Assembly (NCBI GenBank): GCA_964476595.1
Contig: CAYZCL010000154.1
Location: forward strand, 903 to 64,902
DNA from: an uncultured Desulfobacteraceae bacterium
GTDB lineage: Bacteria > Desulfobacterota > Desulfobacteria > Desulfobacterales > JALSRD01
Direction: 5' to 3'
DNA: 64,000 nucleotides
This document shows positions 33,519 through 42,806 of the stretch, piece by piece. Each line of letters opens with the position of its first letter. The stretch's first letter is position 1. The translations under genes were made by a program, and so were the position numbers. The notes under the pieces are model-generated. The model did no database searches and was not told the DNA's origin. It worked only from the letters and a program-made list of their open reading frames with translations.

Positions 33519-33555
33519 GTATGGGCGCAGAGGCGGCGGGTTATTATTTGCCGTT

Positions 33556-34938
33556 TTAATAGGGAAACGCGATTCCCATTTCGAAAAGTTCGTCCTTCAC
33601 ACGTCGGTAAAGGCTCTCGTGTGCATCAGTGGGTAATGCTTTGGCCACGTCGTAGCACTCCTGGTACGTACTGCCCAGGGGCGCCGTGGCGGCCTGGTCC
33701 TCGTACCTGGAGAGCAGTTTGAGGGCGATTTCGTTGGCCTCGGACAGGGTCATACCCTGGCGCGCCACGGCGTGGCCCACCTCGGCGCCCAGGCGCGCCT
33801 CCAGGGGGGTGGCGCGGTTGCGGTGCTTGTTGCGCGTGGATGCCATTTCCCACAGGTGCCAGCCGGTGACGGTGCTCACCAGGGCATGGCAGGCGGTCTC
33901 GTAGAAGAGCATTTCGGTCATGGGGCCGGCATTGGCGAAGCCGTTGGAAGTATAGAGCAGATTGCTGTTGCGCGAAAGGGCCTGGCCGGCCACGGCGATG
34001 GGCCATAGCAGTTCGCGGGTGGTGTTGGAACCGTAGTTGAGGTGGAAGGGGAAGTGCTGGTTGAAGACGGCCCCGTGAACCACCAGGCCCATCAGGCTGT
34101 AGGCCACCAGTGTTACAGCGATACCCTCGGATCCGCCACACCAGCCGCCGTAGATGGGGCCGGTCAGGTGGCCGGTGTAGCAGCCGTACTGAGCGTAGTG
34201 CACGGCGCGGTTGAGGAGCGTATCGGCGGTCTTGAACTCGGTCAGTCCGCCCACCAGGCGCGCGTCGGTGGTGCGCACGCCCCACTCGTTGTTAGACACG
34301 GCGATCTGTCCGCTGTCGTGTTCGGCCGTGCCCACGGCCACCAGGAAAGTCCCCGGTCGCCCCAGCTGTCGCGCCGCCAGGCGCAGGTTGTAGATGTGCT
34401 GGATGCAGCCGTTGATCTCGGTGGGGCCGCCCGAAGAGATCAGCTGCCCCATGGACTCTTCCAGGATGGGCGCGCAGAATCCGTCCAGCAGCGGTTCGCG
34501 CAGATAGGCCAGGCACATCGAGTAGTGCAGGTTTTCGTCGCAGGTGATGTCCGGGCTGAGGATGCACAGCGGCGGCTCGGGGTCTTCCACCTGCCGGTGC
34601 TTCCAGAAAACGGCGTCCTTGCCCTCGCCGACCCAGTAGGCTCCCCTGGCGTGGTAGAGGGCCTCGCGGATCTCGTCGTCGCCGACCATGATCATACGGT
34701 GGCTGTCGGTGTTGTAGACTCCCACCTCGCGGAACAGGTCCCAGCCGGCCTGCCACACGCGGTCGGCCAGATCGGGATCGTCGGGCACCGGCGTCTGCGG
34801 GTCGCAGCGGATTTCGTACTGCTTGATGATTTTTTTCAGGGTAGGTGTGAAACGCCGGGGCAGAAAATCGTCCTCCTCCATGTGGGGTCCGGTGCCGCAG
34901 CGTTCGATCATTTCCCAGAGCTTGTAGACGGTGGTCAT
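33556..34938 (-). CDS. MtmB-family (monomethylamine methyltransferase-like) protein lacking pyrrolysine
   Basis: 460 aa and uninterrupted. By eye it is collinear with Methanosarcina MtmB as I remember it. Examples: AGWDLFREVGVYNTDSHRMI vs AGFEMLLECGIYCTDTHRIV; PIYGGWCGG vs PIFGGYAGG; GSNTTRELL vs GSTNTRETL; and the C-terminus GSTYQECYDV vs GKTFQECYDV. After the shared GRPG motif, the Pyl position is a sense codon (GTG at 34339-34341). Confidence 0.85.
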   Translation of the reverse strand: MTTVYKLWEMIERCGTGPHMEEDDFLPRRFTPTLKKIIKQYEIRCDPQTPVPDDPDLADRVWQAGWDLFREVGVYNTDSHRMIMVGDDEIREALYHARGAYWVGEGKDAVFWKHRQVEDPEPPLCILSPDITCDENLHYSMCLAYLREPLLDGFCAPILEESMGQLISSGGPTEINGCIQHIYNLRLAARQLGRPGTFLVAVGTAEHDSGQIAVSNNEWGVRTTDARLVGGLTEFKTADTLLNRAVHYAQYGCYTGHLTGPIYGGWCGGSEGIAVTLVAYSLMGLVVHGAVFNQHFPFHLNYGSNTTRELLWPIAVAGQALSRNSNLLYTSNGFANAGPMTEMLFYETACHALVSTVTGWHLWEMASTRNKHRNRATPLEARLGAEVGHAVARQGMTLSEANEIALKLLSRYEDQAATAPLGSTYQECYDVAKALPTDAHESLYRRVKDELFEMGIAFPY

Positions 34939-34953
34939 GTTTTCTTTCCTCTA

Positions 34954-35586
34954 TTATTTCAGCAGCGTCGCCATCTGTTCGGGGGCGGCGTTGGCGTCCT
35001 CGCAGTACAGGTCCGCGCCGATCATGTCGGCCCACTCCTGGCTGGCGGGGGCGCCGCCGATCACGACCTTGTACTTGTCGCGCAGGCCCTTGTCCTTCAG
35101 GAACTGGATGATCTCCTTCTGGCGGGGCATGGTGGTGGTCATCAGCGAAGAGGCCCCGATGAAGTCGGCGCCCATTTCCTCTGCCGCCTTGATGAAATCC
35201 AAGGGGTCCACGTCGTAGCCCAGATCACGGACCTCGAAGCCGTTGATCTCCAGCATGAGCTTGACGATGTTCTTGCCGATCTCGTGCAGGTCGCCGCGTA
35301 CCACCCCCAGCACCACCCTGCCCCGGACCTCCGCGTCGCGGCTGCTCTCGAGCATGCGCGGACGGGTGATGTCCACCACCGCCATGAGGGCCTCGCCGGC
35401 CATCATGACCTCGGGCAGGAAGATGTCCAGGTTGGCGAACTGTTCCCCCACACGCTGCATGGTGCGGGTCAGGGTGTCCAGAATGTCCAGGGGGTCGACC
35501 CCTTCGGCCAGCAGTTTGTGGGCCAGTTCCTCGCTCTGTTCCTTCTCTCCGCTCTCCACCAGTTTGTCCAGTTGTTCCAGTGACAT
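34954..35586 (-). CDS. Cobalamin-binding corrinoid protein (MtmC/MtbC/MttC-like, B12-binding_2 plus B12-binding)
   Basis: 210 aa. DxHxxG motif GDLHEIGKNIV, then a Rossmann-like B12 domain (IGASSLMTTTM, KVVIGGAP). It lies 15 nt upstream of the MtmB-like gene on the same strand. Confidence 0.9.
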   Translation of the reverse strand: MSLEQLDKLVESGEKEQSEELAHKLLAEGVDPLDILDTLTRTMQRVGEQFANLDIFLPEVMMAGEALMAVVDITRPRMLESSRDAEVRGRVVLGVVRGDLHEIGKNIVKLMLEINGFEVRDLGYDVDPLDFIKAAEEMGADFIGASSLMTTTMPRQKEIIQFLKDKGLRDKYKVVIGGAPASQEWADMIGADLYCEDANAAPEQMATLLK

Positions 35587-35690
35587 GTCGATCCTCCAGA
35601 TCAGATGATTCCCGCCGCCGGCGCGGCGATGCTGATCGATCAGTAATATATCACAAATATGATGTCAACATATTAAATGATGTATCAGGC

Positions 35691-35719
35691 TTGACAGGTG
35701 CCGGCTCCCCCTTTATGAT
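35691..35719 (+). promoter_or_regulatory. Sigma-70-type promoter for the GntR gene
   Basis: TTGACA (35691-35696), a 17-nt spacer, then TATGAT (35714-35719), about 27 nt upstream of ATG 35746. Confidence 0.5.
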
Positions 35720-35745
35720 GGGTTGCCATCATGCGGAGGGGGGCC

Positions 35746-36378
35746 ATGCAGAAAGGCGAAGTGTACGAACAGCTGCGGTCGAAGATCATCACCAACCGGA
35801 TTCGCCCCGGTGAGATCCTCACCGAGAAGGATCTCATCGCCGAATACGGTATCGGGCGCACACCGCTGCGCGACGTGCTGATGAAGCTTCAGGAGGAGAA
35901 GCTCATCCGCACCATTCCACGCATGGGCTCCATGGTGACACCGCTGGACATGGCCGAGATGCGGGAACTGGTGGAGGTGCGACGTGAACTGGAGGGGTTT
36001 GCCGCCCGACTGGCGGCCGAACGCATCTCGTCGCAACAGCTCGACACCCTGCGCGGCATCCTGCAGGAGGCCACCGAGCAGTTTCGCGACGAGCGCCGGG
36101 TGGACAATATCTCGGACTACTTCGACACGCGCTTTCACCATGTGTTGTACGAGGCGGCTGGCAACGGCAAGCTGGTGGAGATCCTGCAGAAACTGCACGT
36201 CCAGATGCTGCGGCTGTGGTTCTCGCTGGGGTTCAGGACCATTCCCTTCGCCAGCCAGTCCGACAGCCTCTACGCCCTGCTCGAGGCCGTGGCGCAGCGG
36301 GACGGCGCCGCCGCCCGCGTTGCCATGCAGCAGCACATCGACCTCTACGCCGCCCGCCTCAAGGAACGATTTCTCTAG
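35746..36378 (+). CDS. GntR-family transcriptional regulator (FadR/FCD subfamily)
   Basis: Start is ATG 35746 (RBS GGAGGGGGG). The N-terminal wHTH is YEQLRSKIITNRIRPGEILTEKDLIAEYGIGRTPLRDVLMKLQEEKLI. The C-terminal helical FCD-like domain includes FHHVLYEAAGN. Confidence 0.85.
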   Translation: MQKGEVYEQLRSKIITNRIRPGEILTEKDLIAEYGIGRTPLRDVLMKLQEEKLIRTIPRMGSMVTPLDMAEMRELVEVRRELEGFAARLAAERISSQQLDTLRGILQEATEQFRDERRVDNISDYFDTRFHHVLYEAAGNGKLVEILQKLHVQMLRLWFSLGFRTIPFASQSDSLYALLEAVAQRDGAAARVAMQQHIDLYAARLKERFL

Positions 36379-36418
36379 CGTTCGCGCGCCTCTCGTGTCC
36401 GCCGGGTCGGGAAAAGCG

Positions 36419-37129
36419 CTACTTTCTGCGTTTCGACTGCCGGAACTGGCAGTTTTTCAGGCCGCACGCGTCGCATTTGGCGGCGGGCGGGCGTTCGCGG
36501 GCGGGGCCCAGGGGGGCCAGGAACGAAATGGATTTTACCGGGGTCATCACCAGGCTGTCGTTGAGGGTGACGCCGATGGCGCCGGCGTCTGTCAGGGTGA
36601 AGATGAGGCGCTGGGCTTCGACCGGGAAGCCGTTGAGCCCCGGCCCGAGGCGACAGCCGCAGAAGAGGCCCCGTTTCGCCGCCCGCCGGGACAGTTCCCC
36701 GTGAAGAATTTCGCCCAGCCGGTCCAGCAGGGCGACCCCCACGGCGTCCATGAGCGTGGCGGTGTAGAGGTCCCCGCCGCGGGTCAGCTCCCGGCTGTGC
36801 GCTTCCAGGCCCGGCCCCAGGGTGCCCACCACAGCGGCCAGGTAGACGTTTTGCGGCCCGCACAGCGCCGCCCCGCCGGTCAGGACGGCGCCATCGGCCA
36901 GCACGATGTCGCCGCCGGGTATCGTTTCGACAATGGGGTGCAGGCCTACGGCGGCCGCCGGCCGGATCAGCCGCAGACCCGCTGCGGCGGCCGCGGCGAT
37001 GCGCTCCCGGGTGCCGGGGTCGGGCACGTACTGCGCTCCACCGAAGTAGCGTGCCACCTGGTCGGGTCGGACCGCCAGATCGGCGGGATTATAGCGCACG
37101 ATGTCGCGTTGGACGGACGGTGGTTTCAT
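36419..37129 (-). CDS. Methionine-synthase activation-domain-like (Met_synt_B12-like) protein
   Basis: Start set at ATG 37129 (MKPPSVQRDIVRY...). The pattern VARYFG..., LMDAVGVALLDRL, RLGPGLNGFPVEAQRLIFTLTDAGAIGVTLNDSLVMTPVKSISFLAPLG matches the small stand-alone MetH activation-region proteins found beside corrinoid methyltransferase genes. C-terminal motif CDACGLKNC. Confidence 0.65.
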   Translation of the reverse strand: MKPPSVQRDIVRYNPADLAVRPDQVARYFGGAQYVPDPGTRERIAAAAAAGLRLIRPAAAVGLHPIVETIPGGDIVLADGAVLTGGAALCGPQNVYLAAVVGTLGPGLEAHSRELTRGGDLYTATLMDAVGVALLDRLGEILHGELSRRAAKRGLFCGCRLGPGLNGFPVEAQRLIFTLTDAGAIGVTLNDSLVMTPVKSISFLAPLGPARERPPAAKCDACGLKNCQFRQSKRRK

Positions 37130-37438
37130 GACCGGAAATTCCTGCGGTGGTGTGAGTGTCGTATGAGGTCCGGCAGACTGCGAACCGGCCCCCTCCGTGT
37201 CCCGCGGCCGGGCGTCCAGCGTCCGCCCCACGGGTGCAGGCCGAATATACGCCCCCGGACGTGTTACGGCAAATGATTTTGTAATTGCCCCTGGGGACGA
37301 TAAAGGTTATTGAGGCTGTCGGAGCGCAGCCGAAGAGCGCCTTCGGCGGAGACGACGGGAGAGGGGGTGGTATGCTTTCCTGTACGACACGACTCCCGCA
37401 GTGTGGTTTTATTCTGACACCGGATTGCTGAATCGCTC

Positions 37439-37918
37439 ATGAAAGTCATTTTCGTGGAACTGGACCGTTGCCTGGCCTGCCGGAGCTGCGAGCGGGTGTG
37501 CTCCTTCCAGGAGACCGGCGGGTTCAAACGGGAAAATTCGAACATCTGGGTGCACGTGGACCTGGACCGGCGGTCTATTTTCACCATGACCTGTCTGCAG
37601 TGCGAAACCGCCATGTGCCTCGAAATCTGCCCGGTCGAAGCCATCCGGCGAGACCCCCGCACCCATGCCGTGGTGGTGGACGAAGCCCGCTGCGTGGGTT
37701 GCCGCATGTGTGTGCCGGCCTGCCCCTTCGGCAATATCCACTTCGAGAACCGGCGCCACGTGGCCGTCAAGTGCGACCTGTGCGGCGGCGACCCCCAGTG
37801 TGTCAGGAACTGCATGGCCGGTGCGCTGCACTACGCCGACATCAACGAACTGGCCGAAATCAAGCGCCGGCGCATGGACGGCCTGCTGGTGCAGCGCGAG
37901 GAGGGCCGTTCCCGGTGA
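37439..37918 (+). CDS. Multi-cluster [4Fe-4S] ferredoxin (HycB/DmsB-like)
   Basis: 159 aa. Cys motifs CLACRSCERVC, CLQCETAMCLEICP, CVGCRMCVPACP and CDLCGG..QCVRNC. Confidence 0.85.
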   Translation: MKVIFVELDRCLACRSCERVCSFQETGGFKRENSNIWVHVDLDRRSIFTMTCLQCETAMCLEICPVEAIRRDPRTHAVVVDEARCVGCRMCVPACPFGNIHFENRRHVAVKCDLCGGDPQCVRNCMAGALHYADINELAEIKRRRMDGLLVQREEGRSR

Positions 37919-39984
37919 ATACCCGCCCGATCATCGAAAACGGCGTGATCCCCACCTTGTGCCGCATGTGCGACACGCGCTGCGCCATCGATGTGCATCT
38001 CAAGGATGGAGTCATCTCCGACATTACACCCTTTCAGGGGCACCAGGTCAACCACGGCCGCATGTGCCCGCGGGCCACGGCGGCCATCGACCAGTTCTAC
38101 CACCCCCGGCGCATCACGACGCCGCTCAAACGCAAACCCGACGGCAGTTTCGAAAAGATCTCCCGCGAACAGGCCCTGGACGAGATCGCGGACAGGATGG
38201 CGGCCCTGAAGGAGGCCTACGGGGCCCGGAGCGTGGGGTTCTGGAAAGGGGAGGGGGTGGGCTTCGCCCAGCAGGAGCAGTACGTGCGGCGTTTCGCCCA
38301 CGCCTTCGGTTCGCCCAATTATTTCTCCAATGACTCGGCCTGTTACAACGGGCGCTACCTGGGACACAGTTTGGTTTTCGGTTTCTGGAACCCTTTTCCG
38401 CGCTTCACCGAGGCCGGGCTCATCCTGCTTTTCGGCACCAACCCGCCCATGTGCCACCCGCCCTTCATGCGTGAGTTCGCCGACGCCCGCGCCCGCGGCG
38501 CCAAGCTGGTGGTCATCGATCCGCGCCTCAACCCGGTGGCCTGCTATGCCGACATCTTCGCCCAGCCCTATCCCGGCACCGACGGCGCCTTGGGCTGGGG
38601 CCTGATCCGCTATCTCATAGAGCGCCGCAGCTACGACCACGAGTTGGTGGAGCGCTTCTCGGTGGGTTTCGGACGCCTGGCCCGTTACGCCCGTCGTTTC
38701 ACGCCGGAGGTCGTCGAGCAGGAGACCGGCATCTACAAGGATGTGCTGGTGCAGATCGCCGAGATGATCATCAAGTACAGCCCGCATGTCAGCATCTTCA
38801 CCGGCGCCGGCCTGGAACACCACGAAAACGGGGTCAACAACATCCGCACCCTGGCATCCCTGGGCTGCCTGTGCGGGGCGCTGGACCGCGGCTGCGGCTT
38901 CTTCTGGCCCGATCCGTTCCCCGGCCGCCGGCTGGAGCTTTACGAGGAGCTGCCCCTGGAGGACCAGGGTCCCATCGGGGCGAACCGCTTTCCGGTGCTT
39001 TACGAGAAGCGCAGGGAGTGCCACAGCATGACGGCCATGGACTACATGCTGGGCGACGGCGACTACCGGCTCCGGGGGCTGGTCATGACGGCCGCCAACC
39101 CCGCCGTGACCAACCCCAACACGGCCAAGGTGGAAAGGGCCCTGTCCGGCCTGGATCTGCTGGTGGTCAACGATTTTTTCATGACCCCCACGGCACGCCT
39201 GGCCCACTACATCCTGCCGGCGGCCACCTTCCTGGAACGCTCCGAACTGCATTGCCACATCAAGTACCAGTTGGTCACCTTGGCCCGCAGGGTACTGGAG
39301 GTGCCCGGCATCCGGGACGAATACATGCTCTGGCACGACCTGGCCCACCGGCTGGGATTCGGACGGCAGTACTTCCCGTGGGAGAGCGAAGAGGAGGTCA
39401 CCCGCTGGATCCTGGAGCCCACCGGCATTTCCCTGGAAGACCTGGCGGCGCACCCCGAGGGGATCGTCTACAAGCCGGTGCGCTACCTCAAGTACAGGCA
39501 GCGACCGCTGCCCACCCCCTCGGGCAAGATCGAGTTCGCCTCGGCCTACCTCGCCGACAAGGGGCTGAGCGAACTCCCCGAGTACACTCCACCTTACCAC
39601 CGCCGGCGGGCGGGCGGTGAATACCCCTTCGTGCTCACCACGGGTGCGCGCATGTCGCTGTTCTACCACTCCCGCCACCAGAACATCCCGCGCTTTCGCA
39701 CCGTGCACCCGGCCGCCGTGGTCGAGATGCACCCGGACGACGCCGCCGAGCTGGGCGTGCGCAACGGCCAGCGCGTGCGCATCGTCTCTCGGGCCGGCAG
39801 CCTGGAGATCGCCGTGTGCATCGTGCATCCTTCCGAGCTGCGCCGGGGCGTGGTCGAGGTCTACCACGGGTGGGAAAAATGGCGCGTCAACCGGGTGACC
39901 TGCGACGACGTCAACGATCCCATCAGCGGGTTCCCGCTGCTCAAGGGGGTTCCCGTGCGCATCGAACCCATACAGGACCCGTGA
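37915..39984 (+). CDS. Second cytoplasmic molybdopterin (MopB-family) oxidoreductase, substrate unknown
   Basis: The tracked ORF (37468-39984) overlaps the ferredoxin gene out of frame. The real start is most likely GTG 37915, overlapping the ferredoxin TGA (GTGA). N-terminal Fe-S motif CRMCDTRCAIDV. No Tat signal. Candidate ligand region SPNYFSNDSACYNG. C-terminal beta-barrel-like region GQRVRIVSRAGSLEIAV. Confidence 0.85.
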   Translation: MNTRPIIENGVIPTLCRMCDTRCAIDVHLKDGVISDITPFQGHQVNHGRMCPRATAAIDQFYHPRRITTPLKRKPDGSFEKISREQALDEIADRMAALKEAYGARSVGFWKGEGVGFAQQEQYVRRFAHAFGSPNYFSNDSACYNGRYLGHSLVFGFWNPFPRFTEAGLILLFGTNPPMCHPPFMREFADARARGAKLVVIDPRLNPVACYADIFAQPYPGTDGALGWGLIRYLIERRSYDHELVERFSVGFGRLARYARRFTPEVVEQETGIYKDVLVQIAEMIIKYSPHVSIFTGAGLEHHENGVNNIRTLASLGCLCGALDRGCGFFWPDPFPGRRLELYEELPLEDQGPIGANRFPVLYEKRRECHSMTAMDYMLGDGDYRLRGLVMTAANPAVTNPNTAKVERALSGLDLLVVNDFFMTPTARLAHYILPAATFLERSELHCHIKYQLVTLARRVLEVPGIRDEYMLWHDLAHRLGFGRQYFPWESEEEVTRWILEPTGISLEDLAAHPEGIVYKPVRYLKYRQRPLPTPSGKIEFASAYLADKGLSELPEYTPPYHRRRAGGEYPFVLTTGARMSLFYHSRHQNIPRFRTVHPAAVVEMHPDDAAELGVRNGQRVRIVSRAGSLEIAVCIVHPSELRRGVVEVYHGWEKWRVNRVTCDDVNDPISGFPLLKGVPVRIEPIQDP

Positions 39985-40075
39985 TCCACGCGCCGCAGGG
40001 CGTTTTCACGATGCTTTCCCCGACATGCATGCCGGCCGCTGCTTGCGGTCCCACCGGCGCCGTCTCCGCACCGGC

Positions 40076-40104
40076 TTGACAGAAAGCGCCGATACCCATA
40101 CAAT
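40076..40104 (+). promoter_or_regulatory. Sigma-70-type promoter upstream of the ABC transporter operon
   Basis: TTGACA (40076-40081), a 17-nt spacer, then TACAAT (40099-40104), about 135 nt upstream of ATG 40240. Confidence 0.5.
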
Positions 40105-40239
40105 CGGCACATCCTTCTTCGGGTGGCGGTGATCCCCAGCGGATGACGGGCCGCGTATGCCTGCCATGCCGCCGCCGGGGGGATTTTTTCTCTGTGCCGG
40201 CCACGACCGGGAGAACACCACCAGGATCTTTTATCGCTC

Positions 40240-41064
40240 ATGAGTGAAGGAACCGTCGCCCATCGCCGCAGGCCCGCCTGGCGCACCTTGATCCGGTCGC
40301 CGTGGATGGACGTTCTGCAGTACGCCTTGGTGCTGGCCGGCGTGGCCTGGTTCTTTGCGCGCGGCACCACCCGCATGGGTTACAACTGGCAGTGGTACCA
40401 GGTGCCGCAGTACATCTTCCGGGTGGTCGACGGGCATTTCCAGGCCGGCCCCCTGTGGGACGGCCTGATAGTGACCCTGCGCATATCGGGGATCAGCCTC
40501 CTGCTGGCCTTCCTCATCGGGCTGGTCACCGCCCTGGCGCGGCTGTCCCACTCTTTCGTGGCGCAGACCTGTGCCCGGCTCTACCTGGAGCTGATCCGCA
40601 ACACGCCCCTGCTGATCCAGATCTTCTTCATCTACTTCGTGCTGGGACCGGTGCTGGGCCTGAGCCGCTTTCCCTCGGCGGTGCTGGCCCTGAGCCTCTT
40701 CGAGGGCGCCTACGCCTCGGAGATCCTGCGGGCCGGCATCGTTTCCATTCACCGTGGACAGTGGGAGGCGGCCTACAGCCTGGGACTCGGCACGTTCGAT
40801 ATCTACCGCGACATCATCATGCCCCAGGCCATCCGGCGCATCCTGCCGCCGCTGACCAGCCAGGCCATTTCGCTGGTCAAGGACTCGGCCCTGGTGAGCA
40901 CCATCGCCATCTACGACCTGACCATGCAGGCCCAGGCCGTGATATCGGAAACCTTCCTGACTTTCGAGCTGTGGTTCACGGTGGCCGGTATGTACCTGAT
41001 GGTCACCGTGACGCTGTCGCTGGTCGTCAACATCATGGAAAACCGGCTGCGGGTGGTCGGTTGA
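40240..41064 (+). CDS. Polar amino-acid-type ABC transporter permease (HisM/GlnP family)
   Basis: 274 aa, multi-TM. EAA-loop region [32 protein letters not shown]. Confidence 0.85.
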   Translation: MSEGTVAHRRRPAWRTLIRSPWMDVLQYALVLAGVAWFFARGTTRMGYNWQWYQVPQYIFRVVDGHFQAGPLWDGLIVTLRISGISLLLAFLIGLVTALARLSHSFVAQTCARLYLELIRNTPLLIQIFFIYFVLGPVLGLSRFPSAVLALSLFEGAYASEILRAGIVSIHRGQWEAAYSLGLGTFDIYRDIIMPQAIRRILPPLTSQAISLVKDSALVSTIAIYDLTMQAQAVISETFLTFELWFTVAGMYLMVTVTLSLVVNIMENRLRVVG

Positions 41065-41089
41065 ACGAAACGCATTTTTCAGGAGCATC

Positions 41090-41842
<753 letters not shown>

Positions 41843-41903
41843 GGGCCGCCGGCGGGTTCGATTTATCTGTTTCATTTCACCTATCAGCGAAAGGAGGCGT
41901 GGT

Positions 41904-42734
41904 ATGAAGAAGAGGCGAACCTGGCCGGTAATCCTGGCGGTGGTGTTGAGTCTGAGCCTGAGCGGAGCGGCCCTGGCCGGCAAGCTGCAGCAGCAGCTGG
42001 TCCAGGAGAGCACCATCGAACACATCATGAAGCGCGGTGTCATGCGGGTGGGCATGGACACCTTCGTGCCCTGGGCCATGAAGGACAAGACCGGCAAGTT
42101 CATCGGCTTCGAGATCGACGTCGCCACCCAGCTGGCCAAGGACATGGGCGTCAAGGTGGAGTTCGTGCCCACCAAGTGGGCCGGGATCATCCCGGCGCTG
42201 CTGACCGGAAAGTTCGACGTCATCATCGGCGGCATGGGCATCCGGCCCAAGCGCGCGCTGAAGGTCAATTTCACGCTGCCCTACGACTACTCGGGTATGT
42301 CCATCGTGGCCAGCAAGAAACTGGCCGCCGGCTTCCACTCGCTGGCGGACTTCAACAAGCCCGACGTGCAGATCGCCTGCAAGCTGGGCACCACGGCCGC
42401 CATGGCCGCCAAGAAGTTCATTCCCAAGGCCAAGCTGCGCCTCTTCGACGACGAGACCCAGGCTTACCAGGAACTGCGCAACGGCAACGTGCACGCCGTG
42501 GTGGGATCGGCGCCGCGGCCGGCCTTCGAGGCCGTCACCTACCCGGAAACGCTCTTCATGCCGCTGAAGGAAAATTTCACCAAGGAGCCCATCGCATTCG
42601 CCCTGCGCAAGGGCGACTTCGACACGCTGACCTTTTTCAACAGCTGGATCATCCTCAAGACCGACACCGGCTGGCTCAAGGAGCGCCACCACTACTGGTT
42701 CGAGACCCGCGACTGGGCCGGCAAACTGGAGTAG
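41904..42734 (+). CDS. Family-3 periplasmic solute-binding protein
   Basis: Signal peptide MKKRRTWPVILAVVLSLSLSGAALA. Body: MRVGMDTFVPWAMKDKTGKFIGFEIDVATQLAKDMG...WAGIIPALLTGKFDVIIGGM. Confidence 0.85.
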   Translation: MKKRRTWPVILAVVLSLSLSGAALAGKLQQQLVQESTIEHIMKRGVMRVGMDTFVPWAMKDKTGKFIGFEIDVATQLAKDMGVKVEFVPTKWAGIIPALLTGKFDVIIGGMGIRPKRALKVNFTLPYDYSGMSIVASKKLAAGFHSLADFNKPDVQIACKLGTTAAMAAKKFIPKAKLRLFDDETQAYQELRNGNVHAVVGSAPRPAFEAVTYPETLFMPLKENFTKEPIAFALRKGDFDTLTFFNSWIILKTDTGWLKERHHYWFETRDWAGKLE

Positions 42735-42806
42735 CCGCCCCGATGCCCGCGGGCCGGCGTCCCCTCGCCGGCCCACGGGCCGTTTCATGGAACGCCCCGG
42801 GAAGAA

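Noticed and set aside
33556-34938. Pyrrolysine (UAG read-through) in the MtmB-like gene
   Set aside because: The frame contains no internal TAG, and the position aligned with Pyl is a GTG Val codon. No pyl genes are present in the window.
37468-37914. N-terminal 149 codons of the tracked 838-aa ORF (37468-39984)
   Set aside because: This part overlaps the ferredoxin gene in another frame and has no MopB-like sequence. The MopB similarity, including the N-terminal Cys motif, begins right after GTG 37915, which overlaps the ferredoxin stop codon.
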